A DNA stretch of 34,652 nucleotides from a virus. Both the position numbers and the translations under genes were made by a program. Position 1 is the stretch's first letter. Each line of letters begins with the position of its first letter. This document shows, piece by piece, positions 16,570-22,865 of the stretch. Where the stretch lies: the IMG/VR virus record IMGVR_UViG_3300028589_000007; one strand, written 5' to 3'. The notes beneath the pieces were generated by a model, which made no database searches, had not been told where the DNA came from, and was given only the letters and a program-made list of their open reading frames with translations.

Positions 16570-16597
16570 CAAGGGCCTGCATCGCTGCAAGCCCTTG
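16570..16597 (-). terminator. Hairpin downstream of the tRNA-derived segment (possible tRNA terminator remnant)
   Basis: CAAGGGC-N14-GCCCTTG. On the minus strand it is followed by CTTTAT, and on the plus strand by TTTTG. The 14-nt loop makes it weak. Confidence 0.35.
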
Positions 16598-16604
16598 TTT
16601 TGTA

Positions 16605-16649
16605 TGGTGCCGGCACCAGGAATCGAACCCGGGACCTACTGATTACAAG
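16605..16649 (-). other. 3' fragment (45 nt) of a tRNA-Thr(UGU)-like gene; attP core
   Basis: The minus strand reads CTTGTAATCAGTAGGTCCCGGGTTCGATTCCTGGTGCCGGCACCA. It contains an anticodon loop with TGT, a variable loop, a T-arm CCGGG-TTCGATT-CCTGG, an acceptor 3' strand and CCA. The upstream sequence cannot form an anticodon stem or D-arm, so this is not a complete tRNA. Confidence 0.8.
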
Positions 16650-16768
16650 AAAACCGTTTTCGGCTTGCCTGTCAGTTACTTAGGTCGTGGCTTGTTACGT
16701 AATGACAGCGCTGACGGCCGGATTCCATGCGGAGTCCGGCGTGCTTGTTACGCAGCTTTCGGGGGGGA

Positions 16769-17911
16769 TCAGAGTGCGGAGGGGGCGACCTTCGGGACGC
16801 TCAGGTCGTAGATATCGAGCATGGACTCGTCGCGGTGGCCGCTTGCTTCCTGCTTGTCGGCCCTGGTGCCAGGGGTATCAGTGATGCCGCGGCGCTTGAG
16901 GTCGTGCAGACCGAAGCGTTGTTCGGCAGTGATGACGCCCGCCACGATGGCGTTACGCATGAAGCGGTTCCAGGCGGTGTCCAGGCCGGACTTGCCCAGC
17001 GGCCCGCCGTGATCGGCGGTGATGATGAAGCGTTTATCGGGATTGACCGGCACGGCCGTGCCCCGGGCTTTCCATATTTGGGAGCGGCGCGCCTTGGCAG
17101 CGTCCCAAGCGGACCGCAGGCGCGGCGTCCAGGTGACCACGTTGTCACGGCTGCCCTTGCGTCGGTTGGTGAGCACGCCGTCGGCCAGCTCGTTGGCGTC
17201 GGTCAGGGTGACGACCTCGATGCCCCGCAGCCGGCAGAGGTAGGCCAGCTCCATGACGTAGCTTAAGTGCGCAGGTACCGCGTCCTTCTGCCCGCGTTTC
17301 AGCTGGCCCAGCTCACGGGCTCGGCCGATCAGACGTTGCATCACGTCATGCGACGGCAGGCGGCGCTGCTTGCGCTCTGCAGGAGCCTCGATGCCCATGG
17401 CCGGATTGTCATCCAGGTAGCCGCGGTTGCGGCCCCACTGCATCACCAGGCGAAGGTACCGTAAGGCATGCGCAGCCTTCGACGGCGTGCCCTCGTCGGC
17501 GATCCGGTCAATGAGCCGCTGGATCAGCGCAGGGGTGAACTTGCGCACGGCCAGCTCGCCGAGCGGTTTGCCGAGCTTGGTGGGAATATTGGCCAGAACG
17601 TCGCGCGACCAGGTGTAGCTTTCCTGGGTTTTCGGCGCGAGCCTCTTGAACCTGGCGCTGTCGTGGTACTGCTCGCATAGGTGGTTGAGACTCTCGCGGT
17701 CGACGCCGTTGCGCACTTCCATGATCTTGTGGAGCTCGGCCAGCGTGGCCGAACTGTTGGCGATGTTCTGCCGGCGCTGCCGCCCTGCCTCGTCACGGTG
17801 CAGGGTGTACCAGCTTCCCTTGCCACGGTGGTCAAAGAAAACGGCCGCTGGGATAGCGGCCTGATCGATGTGCGGGGGGATGTTGGGGTTGTTCTTCCTG
17901 GATCGCCTCAT
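16769..17911 (-). CDS. int: Tyrosine recombinase / phage integrase
   Basis: The ATG at 17911 forms an ATGA overlap with the upstream gene. The 380-aa product has a C-terminal HDLKRRGITD and GHRDESMLDIY (H-x-x-R and catalytic Tyr region). The gene is adjacent to attP. The track ORF's 109-aa N-terminal extension is a GC shadow. Confidence 0.9.
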   Translation of the reverse strand: MRRSRKNNPNIPPHIDQAAIPAAVFFDHRGKGSWYTLHRDEAGRQRRQNIANSSATLAELHKIMEVRNGVDRESLNHLCEQYHDSARFKRLAPKTQESYTWSRDVLANIPTKLGKPLGELAVRKFTPALIQRLIDRIADEGTPSKAAHALRYLRLVMQWGRNRGYLDDNPAMGIEAPAERKQRRLPSHDVMQRLIGRARELGQLKRGQKDAVPAHLSYVMELAYLCRLRGIEVVTLTDANELADGVLTNRRKGSRDNVVTWTPRLRSAWDAAKARRSQIWKARGTAVPVNPDKRFIITADHGGPLGKSGLDTAWNRFMRNAIVAGVITAEQRFGLHDLKRRGITDTPGTRADKQEASGHRDESMLDIYDLSVPKVAPSAL

Positions 17912-18117
17912 AGAATCTCGACGCCGTATTGCTCCTGGGTGCCGGCTTTCAGCCCGCCGGCTTGATTGATCAGTTCCACGGTGGTCCAGGGGCCGGCGCG
18001 GCCCCTGAAAATGCGGATGCCCTGCTCGTGCAGGGTCCGCTCCACGTCTGCCCGCCGGGCATATCCGGTAATACGCTTGAGGTCGTCGAAAGTCAGCACG
18101 CGGGAGGCTTCGCTCAT
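17908..18117 (-). CDS. DUF4224-like small DNA-binding protein (possible excision/directionality factor)
   Basis: 69 aa. LTFDDLKRITGYARRADVERTLHEQGIRIFRGRAGPW fits the DUF4224 pattern as I remember it. The gene is translationally coupled to int. Confidence 0.55.
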   Translation of the reverse strand: MSEASRVLTFDDLKRITGYARRADVERTLHEQGIRIFRGRAGPWTTVELINQAGGLKAGTQEQYGVEIL

Positions 18118-18195
18118 GGCTGGGCCTCCAGTGTACTGCGGGTGGCCGGTGGCCTTTGCCGAGAATCGCAGCTCCGGCCTTCTCGCCGCATGTCG

Positions 18196-18420
18196 TTACC
18201 CATGCTCCTTCCCCAGCCATTCGTGGCGACGCCGCCACTGCTTGCGCATTTCCTCAATCAGCCTGTTGATGGCCTGCTCGCCGCGCTTGTTGAGGTGGGT
18301 TTCTTTCAACTCGGCCACCTTCTCCGGCGTTGTGTTCCCACGCCGGAGCCAGTACCGGGCCTCGCATTCCAGCATGTGCTGGCGTTCATCCTGATCAGCC
18401 ATGATAGATGGCCACCCCAT
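18196..18420 (-). CDS. Hypothetical small basic protein
   Basis: 74-aa ORF, or 68 aa from the alternative ATG at 18402 (MADQDERQHMLECEARYWLRRG). It overlaps the stop of the upstream gene. Confidence 0.5.
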   Translation of the reverse strand: MGWPSIMADQDERQHMLECEARYWLRRGNTTPEKVAELKETHLNKRGEQAINRLIEEMRKQWRRRHEWLGKEHG

Positions 18421-18667
18421 GCGGAAGGTCCACCACAGTCATCCGATCAGCTTTGGCAAGGAGGGCCAAGGCGTTGCGGACAGCGCGCCAATCGCTCGGC
18501 GTTTTGCTGGTGTGGATGATCGGCCGCTCAGGCTTGGTAAAGCGCAGGTGGCCGCCGTTGGTGTAGACGACTGACCAGCCGTTGCCCTGGGCGTATTGGA
18601 GCAGCGGTAGCAGGCGTTTAAAGCGACCGCATCGGCGGCCGCTTTGGACTATCAGTGGGCGGCTCAT
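18395..18667 (-). CDS. Hypothetical protein with HicA/YcfA-like sequence pattern
   Basis: The ATG at 18667 forms an ATGA overlap with the upstream stop. NGWSVVYTNGGHLRFTKPERPIIHTSKTPSDWRAVRNALALLAKA resembles the HicA GSxHxxF...P.H...L core. This is a weak, by-eye assignment. Confidence 0.4.
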   Translation of the reverse strand: MSRPLIVQSGRRCGRFKRLLPLLQYAQGNGWSVVYTNGGHLRFTKPERPIIHTSKTPSDWRAVRNALALLAKADRMTVVDLPHGVAIYHG

Positions 18668-19290
18668 GGCGCATTTCTCGCGCCGCAGTTTGGGCAATCC
18701 TCGAAGCGTTGGCGCTCGCTGAGGAAGCGACCGCAGCCGTCGCAGTTCAGCAGGTTGCTGAAGCTGCGATAGCGTGGGCGATTAAGCTTGGGGAGCTTGA
18801 GGCCGACCGAGCGTAGTGCCTGCTTGTGATTGAGCAGCGCGGCCCGGACCACCGGCCGGGAACGCTCGATGATGTATCCGCATGGCCACAGCTCGAAGCC
18901 TTGGGCCAGGTACCCAGTGGCATCTGCTGCCCCGGGGTGGATGGCGTCATCCAGGTTGGCGGTGGAGCCTGTACCGCCGAGCCATACCAAGTCGTTGCCG
19001 TCCCACTCGCGTGCGTAGGCCACATATACCCTGCCGTCTTCGTTGCGGTAGGCGTCGGCTTCTGACCTGGTGAGGTACTGGCAGTCGACGCCGATCTCTG
19101 CCAGGGCGAAGACGTATTCCACTGGCCAAGGTAGATCGGTGTCGCGGCACTCGTACTGCTTTACCGCTGACTCGCAGTTGAATTGCTCGGCCTCGTCGAG
19201 GTTCGAGGTGTAGCCGCCGCCGTTGCGCCAGAACATGGCTCGCGTCCCAACATTGCTACGGCTGTCTTGTACAAAGAAAAGGTCAGACAT
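18664..19290 (-). CDS. Hypothetical protein with internal duplication and a C-terminal zinc ribbon
   Basis: 208 aa. There are two similar segments (FWRNGGGYTSNLDEAEQF and VWLGGTGSTANLDDAIHP). The C-terminus reads CDGCGRF...CPNCG. The start overlaps the methyltransferase stop. Confidence 0.55.
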   Translation of the reverse strand: MSDLFFVQDSRSNVGTRAMFWRNGGGYTSNLDEAEQFNCESAVKQYECRDTDLPWPVEYVFALAEIGVDCQYLTRSEADAYRNEDGRVYVAYAREWDGNDLVWLGGTGSTANLDDAIHPGAADATGYLAQGFELWPCGYIIERSRPVVRAALLNHKQALRSVGLKLPKLNRPRYRSFSNLLNCDGCGRFLSERQRFEDCPNCGARNAP

Positions 19291-20968
19291 CAGTTAGCTC
19301 CTGTTGCGCCACGCTTAGTCCCACAGCAATGGGCTGCACCCAGATCGGCATGCTGTTGAGCATGAAGGTTTCGCCGGCGGCGGCAAGCAGTAGGGTGGTG
19401 CCCATAACATGGGCGATTGCTTCGGCAGCTGCAGGCGGCACGGCGTTGCCGATTCGCTCGCGCCAGGCCTGATCGCTCAGGCCGTCCAGCTCGAACTGTT
19501 CCTCTGGGTCTACCAGACTTTGCAGTGCGGCGAGCTCCAGCGTGGTGAACGGGCGGTGCCAGGTGCCGTCGAGGCTTTCGATCACGCAGGTCAACCTGTC
19601 GTTGGCTTCCGGCATGCGTGGATCAGCGACCGACCACCGACCGTTGTCCTGCTTGGCGCTGGCCGAAACTGCACCGCACTGGCTATTCCAGTCGACAACG
19701 CCGTAGTGCCCACCAGTCAGGTAGGCGTCACCTTTGACGCGCTTCATACCTGGGCGCGGATCAGCGATTGATAGCTGCCCACCTTGAACGCCCTTGCCGC
19801 CGGCGATCACGGTTGAGCTGTGGCGCTCGTACCTCATGACCGCAAGGTTGTTGCTGTGTCGTTTCCAGTTGGGCCGTGGATCAGCAACGCTGAACGTCCC
19901 TTGCCCGGGCGACTTGACGCCGATCACTGCGCCGCTCGTTTCGTCCCACCGCCGCACGCCATACTGCTGGTATTGCAGTGCGCCTGTCCTTGCCCTTGGG
20001 TCCGCTACTGAAAATGCACCATTGGTTGGGCTGCTGCGCCCGGCCACAGTGCCGGAGGTGTCGCTCCAGTCGTGCACGCCCAGATAGCCGGCCCGGTATT
20101 CCGGCACGATTACCAAGTCACGCAGATAGCCATCCTCGATCGCCAGGTCATTCAGGCTGCGCCAATCCTTCCCGGCTTCGACCAGGGCGAGGCGAACCCA
20201 CGTTTTCCACTGCAGCGCTGGTACCCGGTGCATCGGGCCAGCGGATTCGATATCGCCGGCGAGCGGCATGCGGCCAAGGATTGAGCCGACCGACTTGAGC
20301 GTCTTCTTTTCCGGCTCGTACAGGAACGGTGGCACCTTCTCAATATGACGGGCCACTAGAAGGAAGCGCTTGCGGCTTTGGGCCAGGCCACCGATGACGC
20401 CGCAGTCGTGAGTGGTTTCGGCGACGGCATAGCCGAAGTGGCTCAACAGCTTGTTGATCTGGTCCAGCAGGTGGCGACCGCGAGTGGCCAAGCGTGGCAC
20501 GTTCTCGAAAACTAGCAGTGGGACCGGATCGTCTTTCCAGGCTTCGCCGAATAGCCAGATGCAGCGCAACGTCAGCTCATTGAGGGCCTGGTACTTCGGT
20601 GTTTGGCTCATTGTTTCGGACAGCAAGCCCGACGCGCCTTTGCAGGGACTGGAAATGAACACGGCGTCAGGACGCTGGTAGTTCGCAGCGCGGCGGATGT
20701 CATCCACGGTGGCTTCGGTCCATCCTGCTGGAGGCTCTTTGCCGTGAAAGCGGATGTACTGATCCCGGGTGAACAGGTCCAACAGCGTACCTTTCACGCC
20801 ACTCAACCGCTCGAAGTCGGCCAGCCCGGCCGGGTCGATGTCGACGCCGCCGATGCACTCCCACTCTCCCTGGACATTGCCAACGATGGGCTTGGCACGA
20901 TTGAAACCTTTGGCACCGCCGCCGAGGCCGCAGCAAAAATGAAAGTGCTTGAGGATACGCTTAAGCAT
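19283..20968 (-). CDS. DNA (cytosine-5) methyltransferase, orphan, with a tandem-repeat variable region
   Basis: From the ATG at 20968 the motifs are FCCGLGGGAKGF (motif I), SSPCKGASG (motif IV, PC), LLVFENV (motif VI), QSRKRFLLVA (motif VIII) and IGNAVPP (motif X). Four repeats ending S(V/I)ADPR lie between VIII and X. No nuclease gene is adjacent. Confidence 0.85.
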   Translation of the reverse strand: MLKRILKHFHFCCGLGGGAKGFNRAKPIVGNVQGEWECIGGVDIDPAGLADFERLSGVKGTLLDLFTRDQYIRFHGKEPPAGWTEATVDDIRRAANYQRPDAVFISSPCKGASGLLSETMSQTPKYQALNELTLRCIWLFGEAWKDDPVPLLVFENVPRLATRGRHLLDQINKLLSHFGYAVAETTHDCGVIGGLAQSRKRFLLVARHIEKVPPFLYEPEKKTLKSVGSILGRMPLAGDIESAGPMHRVPALQWKTWVRLALVEAGKDWRSLNDLAIEDGYLRDLVIVPEYRAGYLGVHDWSDTSGTVAGRSSPTNGAFSVADPRARTGALQYQQYGVRRWDETSGAVIGVKSPGQGTFSVADPRPNWKRHSNNLAVMRYERHSSTVIAGGKGVQGGQLSIADPRPGMKRVKGDAYLTGGHYGVVDWNSQCGAVSASAKQDNGRWSVADPRMPEANDRLTCVIESLDGTWHRPFTTLELAALQSLVDPEEQFELDGLSDQAWRERIGNAVPPAAAEAIAHVMGTTLLLAAAGETFMLNSMPIWVQPIAVGLSVAQQELTDV

Positions 20969-21200
20969 AACGACGTCCCCTTGCTTGCTTCGCCGCAGCT
21001 TTGTCCGCCAGGAGCGCAGCCCATTCGGTGGACTTGCGCTGTTGGCGCTGACGGCTGCATTTTTCATGTTTGCGCGTCGAACGTGCTTTCCCGCAGATAT
21101 CGCAGATGCTGGGCAGGTCCAGACGGTGGCTAGCCATCGTCGGCCGGGTGCGTTCGGTGGTAGCCTTCTCGGCGCTGACTTCTTGGGGGTTCACTTGCAT
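20961..21200 (-). CDS. Hypothetical basic 79-aa protein, translationally coupled to the methyltransferase
   Basis: Preceded by the conserved hairpin plus RBS module. Its stop (20961..20963) overlaps the methyltransferase start region (ATG at 20968) by 8 nt. It contains CDIC and is rich in Lys/Arg. Confidence 0.55.
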   Translation of the reverse strand: MQVNPQEVSAEKATTERTRPTMASHRLDLPSICDICGKARSTRKHEKCSRQRQQRKSTEWAALLADKAAAKQARGRRYA

Positions 21201-21259
21201 GGTGCTTCTCCTTGGGGTTGGTCGGTCTCGGAGGGTTGCCGCCCTCCGGGGCCATCTTT
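21198..21259 (-). promoter_or_regulatory. Start-associated module copy 4: hairpin CGGAGGG-CGGCAA-CCCTCCG plus AAGGAGAAGCACCATGCA
   Basis: The hairpin is at 21229..21248. The conserved RBS/start block ends at the ATG at 21200. The module fills the whole gap after the stop of 21260..22222. Confidence 0.7.
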
Positions 21260-22222
21260 TTATGCCGCCACGTAACCGGCGGCGGTCTTGCTCAGAAGGC
21301 CGGCTTCGGCGGCCTTCTGCATCAGCCTGGTAGCTCTGTCGCTGCCTATCCGTAGAACCTTGGCGACCTGACGTACTGCCACCTTCGTTCCTCTTTCCGT
21401 GCTTGCTATGAGCTGCAGCAAATCGGACGGCAGCCCGTCGCTTGCTGCTTTTGCCTGCTCCGTTTCTCGATGTTCCTGTTGTTGTTCCTCGGCCTGTTCC
21501 TGTTCCGCTGCTACCGGTACTGGGGCGCGTTCCTGCGCGGGTGTTGGACGCAGGGCGGAAAGAATCAGGGCCGGCACAATCTCCAGTGCGGCGGCGAAGC
21601 CGAGGCAGAGCAGGGTGGCCAGTTCAAGCGGCAGACCCGCGGCTTTGGCTGGCAAGGCCAGCAGGGCAGTGAGCTCCTGCGATGCCTGGTCCCGACGCAC
21701 CTGGGCGCGCTCCCGTTCGGCATCGATGCGTGCCATGGAGGCTGTCTCCAGCTCCAGGGCACGGGTGACCATGCCTCGCTCGCGCAGTGCGTTGGCCTGC
21801 TGGTGGACGGCGGCCTCATCGCTGTCGAGCTGCCCGATGCGGGCGGCGTCTGCGTCGCGCTGCCCCACCAGGTCGATCTGGCGTTGTTCCTGGCGGGCTT
21901 GGTGCTCGGCGCGGCTGGTGATGATCGAGGACATGAGCCGGTCGTAAGTGGCCCAGCCGGAAACGGCGCCCAAGGCCAGCGCGCAGGCCATCATCAGCAG
22001 CGCGCACAGGGTTCGGCGCACGACCAGCAGACCGAGGGCCAGTGGCCAGGCGACGTATTTGAACAGGTCCAGGACCACGGCGGCCGAGGCGAATAGGACG
22101 GCGAGCAAGGTGTTGTCGATCAGCGCGGCGATGGCCAGAGCCACCGACGTGGCGGTCACGCCTGCCAGTGCGGCGACCATGGCCAGCAATGGCCAGCGGT
22201 GGTGATGCTGTAAGTGGTGCAT
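21260..22222 (-). CDS. Polytopic membrane / coiled-coil protein with a C-terminal winged-helix-like domain
   Basis: 320 aa with about four N-terminal TM helices and a ~100-aa charged helical region. This is followed by another TM (LELATLLCLGFAAALEIVPALILSAL), an acidic linker, and VAVRQVAKVLRIGSDRATRLMQKAAEAGLL (HTH-like). It is preceded by the conserved module. Confidence 0.6.
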   Translation of the reverse strand: MHHLQHHHRWPLLAMVAALAGVTATSVALAIAALIDNTLLAVLFASAAVVLDLFKYVAWPLALGLLVVRRTLCALLMMACALALGAVSGWATYDRLMSSIITSRAEHQARQEQRQIDLVGQRDADAARIGQLDSDEAAVHQQANALRERGMVTRALELETASMARIDAERERAQVRRDQASQELTALLALPAKAAGLPLELATLLCLGFAAALEIVPALILSALRPTPAQERAPVPVAAEQEQAEEQQQEHRETEQAKAASDGLPSDLLQLIASTERGTKVAVRQVAKVLRIGSDRATRLMQKAAEAGLLSKTAAGYVAA

Positions 22223-22280
22223 GGTGCTTCTCCTTGGAGGCTGGCCCTGTCGAGTTGCCGCTCGGCGGGGCCTTCTTGTT
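22220..22280 (-). promoter_or_regulatory. Start-associated module copy 3: interrupted hairpin GGCCC..CGAG-CGGCAA-CTCG..GGGCC plus AAGGAGAAGCACCATGCA
   Basis: The hairpin is at 22243..22272, with loop TTGCCG on the plus strand at 22255..22260. The module fills the gap between the stop of 22281..22625 and the ATG at 22222. Confidence 0.65.
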
Positions 22281-22625
22281 TCAGGCCCAGGCGCGTTTCA
22301 GGTGCGACCAGATTTCGTCGCCGTTCTCAACGTACTGATGCACTTCCTGCTCCGGCCGGCGGTCCAGGCGCAGCACCGCCAGGCAGTCGTCCCAAAGGGT
22401 GCTGTCGAGACCGCGCAACTCGGTGAGGGCGAAGGGGAAGGCGCTGCCGTTGTAGAGGCTCAGTAGGAAACGACCGACGATGCGGCTCTGTCCAGTGCAG
22501 CGCTGGGCGACTGGCAGCAGTCGGTGTAAGGCTTCAACGCCGGCCGCGCGGATGTATGGACGCTCTGCTTCTTCCACCGCTATGCGGTTGAGGTCGGCAC
22601 GGATTCTGTCTTGTGCGGTTTGCAT
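22281..22625 (-). CDS. Hypothetical 114-aa protein
   Basis: ORF preceded by the conserved module. RFLLSLYNGSAFPFALTELRGLDSTLWDDCLAVLRLD looks like a conserved unknown-function domain. I cannot name the family with confidence. Confidence 0.55.
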   Translation of the reverse strand: MQTAQDRIRADLNRIAVEEAERPYIRAAGVEALHRLLPVAQRCTGQSRIVGRFLLSLYNGSAFPFALTELRGLDSTLWDDCLAVLRLDRRPEQEVHQYVENGDEIWSHLKRAWA

Positions 22626-22678
22626 GGTGCTTCTCCTTGGGTTGGTTGCCCGGACGTTGCCGCGTCCGGGCGGTGGGG
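22623..22678 (-). promoter_or_regulatory. Start-associated module copy 2: hairpin CCCGGACG-CGGCAA-CGTCCGGG plus AAGGAGAAGCACCATGCA
   Basis: The hairpin is at 22649..22670. The module fills the gap between the stop of the 46-aa ORF and the ATG at 22625. Confidence 0.7.
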
Positions 22679-22819
22679 TTAGTGCAGGGCCACGGCCAGC
22701 AGGGACGGGGCGTAGTAGCCGGCCAGCGCGAGGGCCAGCAGGGTCACGCCGCTAGTGACCAGGGTGACCAACGTGTCGCCGCGGCTGTTCTGGTAGAAGT
22801 TGTCGTTGTCGTTTTGCAT
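22679..22819 (-). CDS. Small hydrophobic peptide (46 aa, single TM)
   Basis: Not in the ORF track because it is shorter than 60 aa. Hand translation gives MQNDNDNFYQNSRGDTLVTLVTSGVTLLALALAGYYAPSLLAVALH. It is preceded by the same conserved hairpin and RBS as three larger genes. Confidence 0.5.
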   Translation of the reverse strand: MQNDNDNFYQNSRGDTLVTLVTSGVTLLALALAGYYAPSLLAVALH

Positions 22820-22865
22820 GGTGCTTCTCCTTGGGGTTGATGCCGGCGTTGCCGCGCCGGCGGGG
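22817..22865 (-). promoter_or_regulatory. Start-associated module copy 1: hairpin GCCGGCG-CGGCAA-CGCCGGC plus AAGGAGAAGCACCATGCA
   Basis: The hairpin is at 22842..22861. The module begins 4 nt after the primase-helicase stop (22866..22868) and ends at the ATG at 22819. Confidence 0.7.

Larger units (their letters stand above)
16183..16752. other. attP region: AT-rich arm with AGTAAT-type repeats, four CTTGTTACG arm-type repeats, and the tRNA-derived core
   Basis: (C/G)TTGTTACG occurs at 16535, 16547, 16691 and 16744, all in the same orientation and flanking the core. AAAGAGTAATTTC at 16183..16195 has an exact inverted copy at 16451..16463 and a partial copy at 16345..16355. The region is adjacent to the int stop at 16769. 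Confidence 0.7.

Noticed and set aside
16381-16590. 69-aa minus-strand ORF inside the AT-rich attP arm
   Set aside because: It has no RBS, spans repeat-rich attP DNA, and would run into the tRNA-derived core region. It is most likely non-coding.
16605-16649. Possible functional tRNA gene
   Set aside because: Only the anticodon loop to the CCA end is present. The upstream sequence (ACGGTTTT) cannot pair with the 3' anticodon-stem strand, and there is no D-arm or 5' acceptor strand. I treat it as the attP core.
17912-18238. N-terminal 109-aa extension of the integrase track ORF
   Set aside because: It overlaps the DUF4224-like gene out of frame and is Arg/Pro/Gly-rich. The ATG at 17911 gives a normal 380-aa integrase.
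19616-20083. Periodic DNA repeats as a possible CRISPR-like or satellite array
   Set aside because: The periodicity is about 120 nt, in frame within the methyltransferase ORF. The repeats are conserved at the protein level (S-V/I-A-D-P-R), with no spacer/repeat structure.
21229-22861. The four conserved hairpins as intrinsic terminators, sigma54 promoters or integron attC sites
   Set aside because: No U-tract follows any stem. The GG...GC spacing does not fit the -24/-12 consensus, and the would-be -12 lies in the variable stem. GTTGCCG does not fit the GTTRRRY core, and there is no integron integrase.
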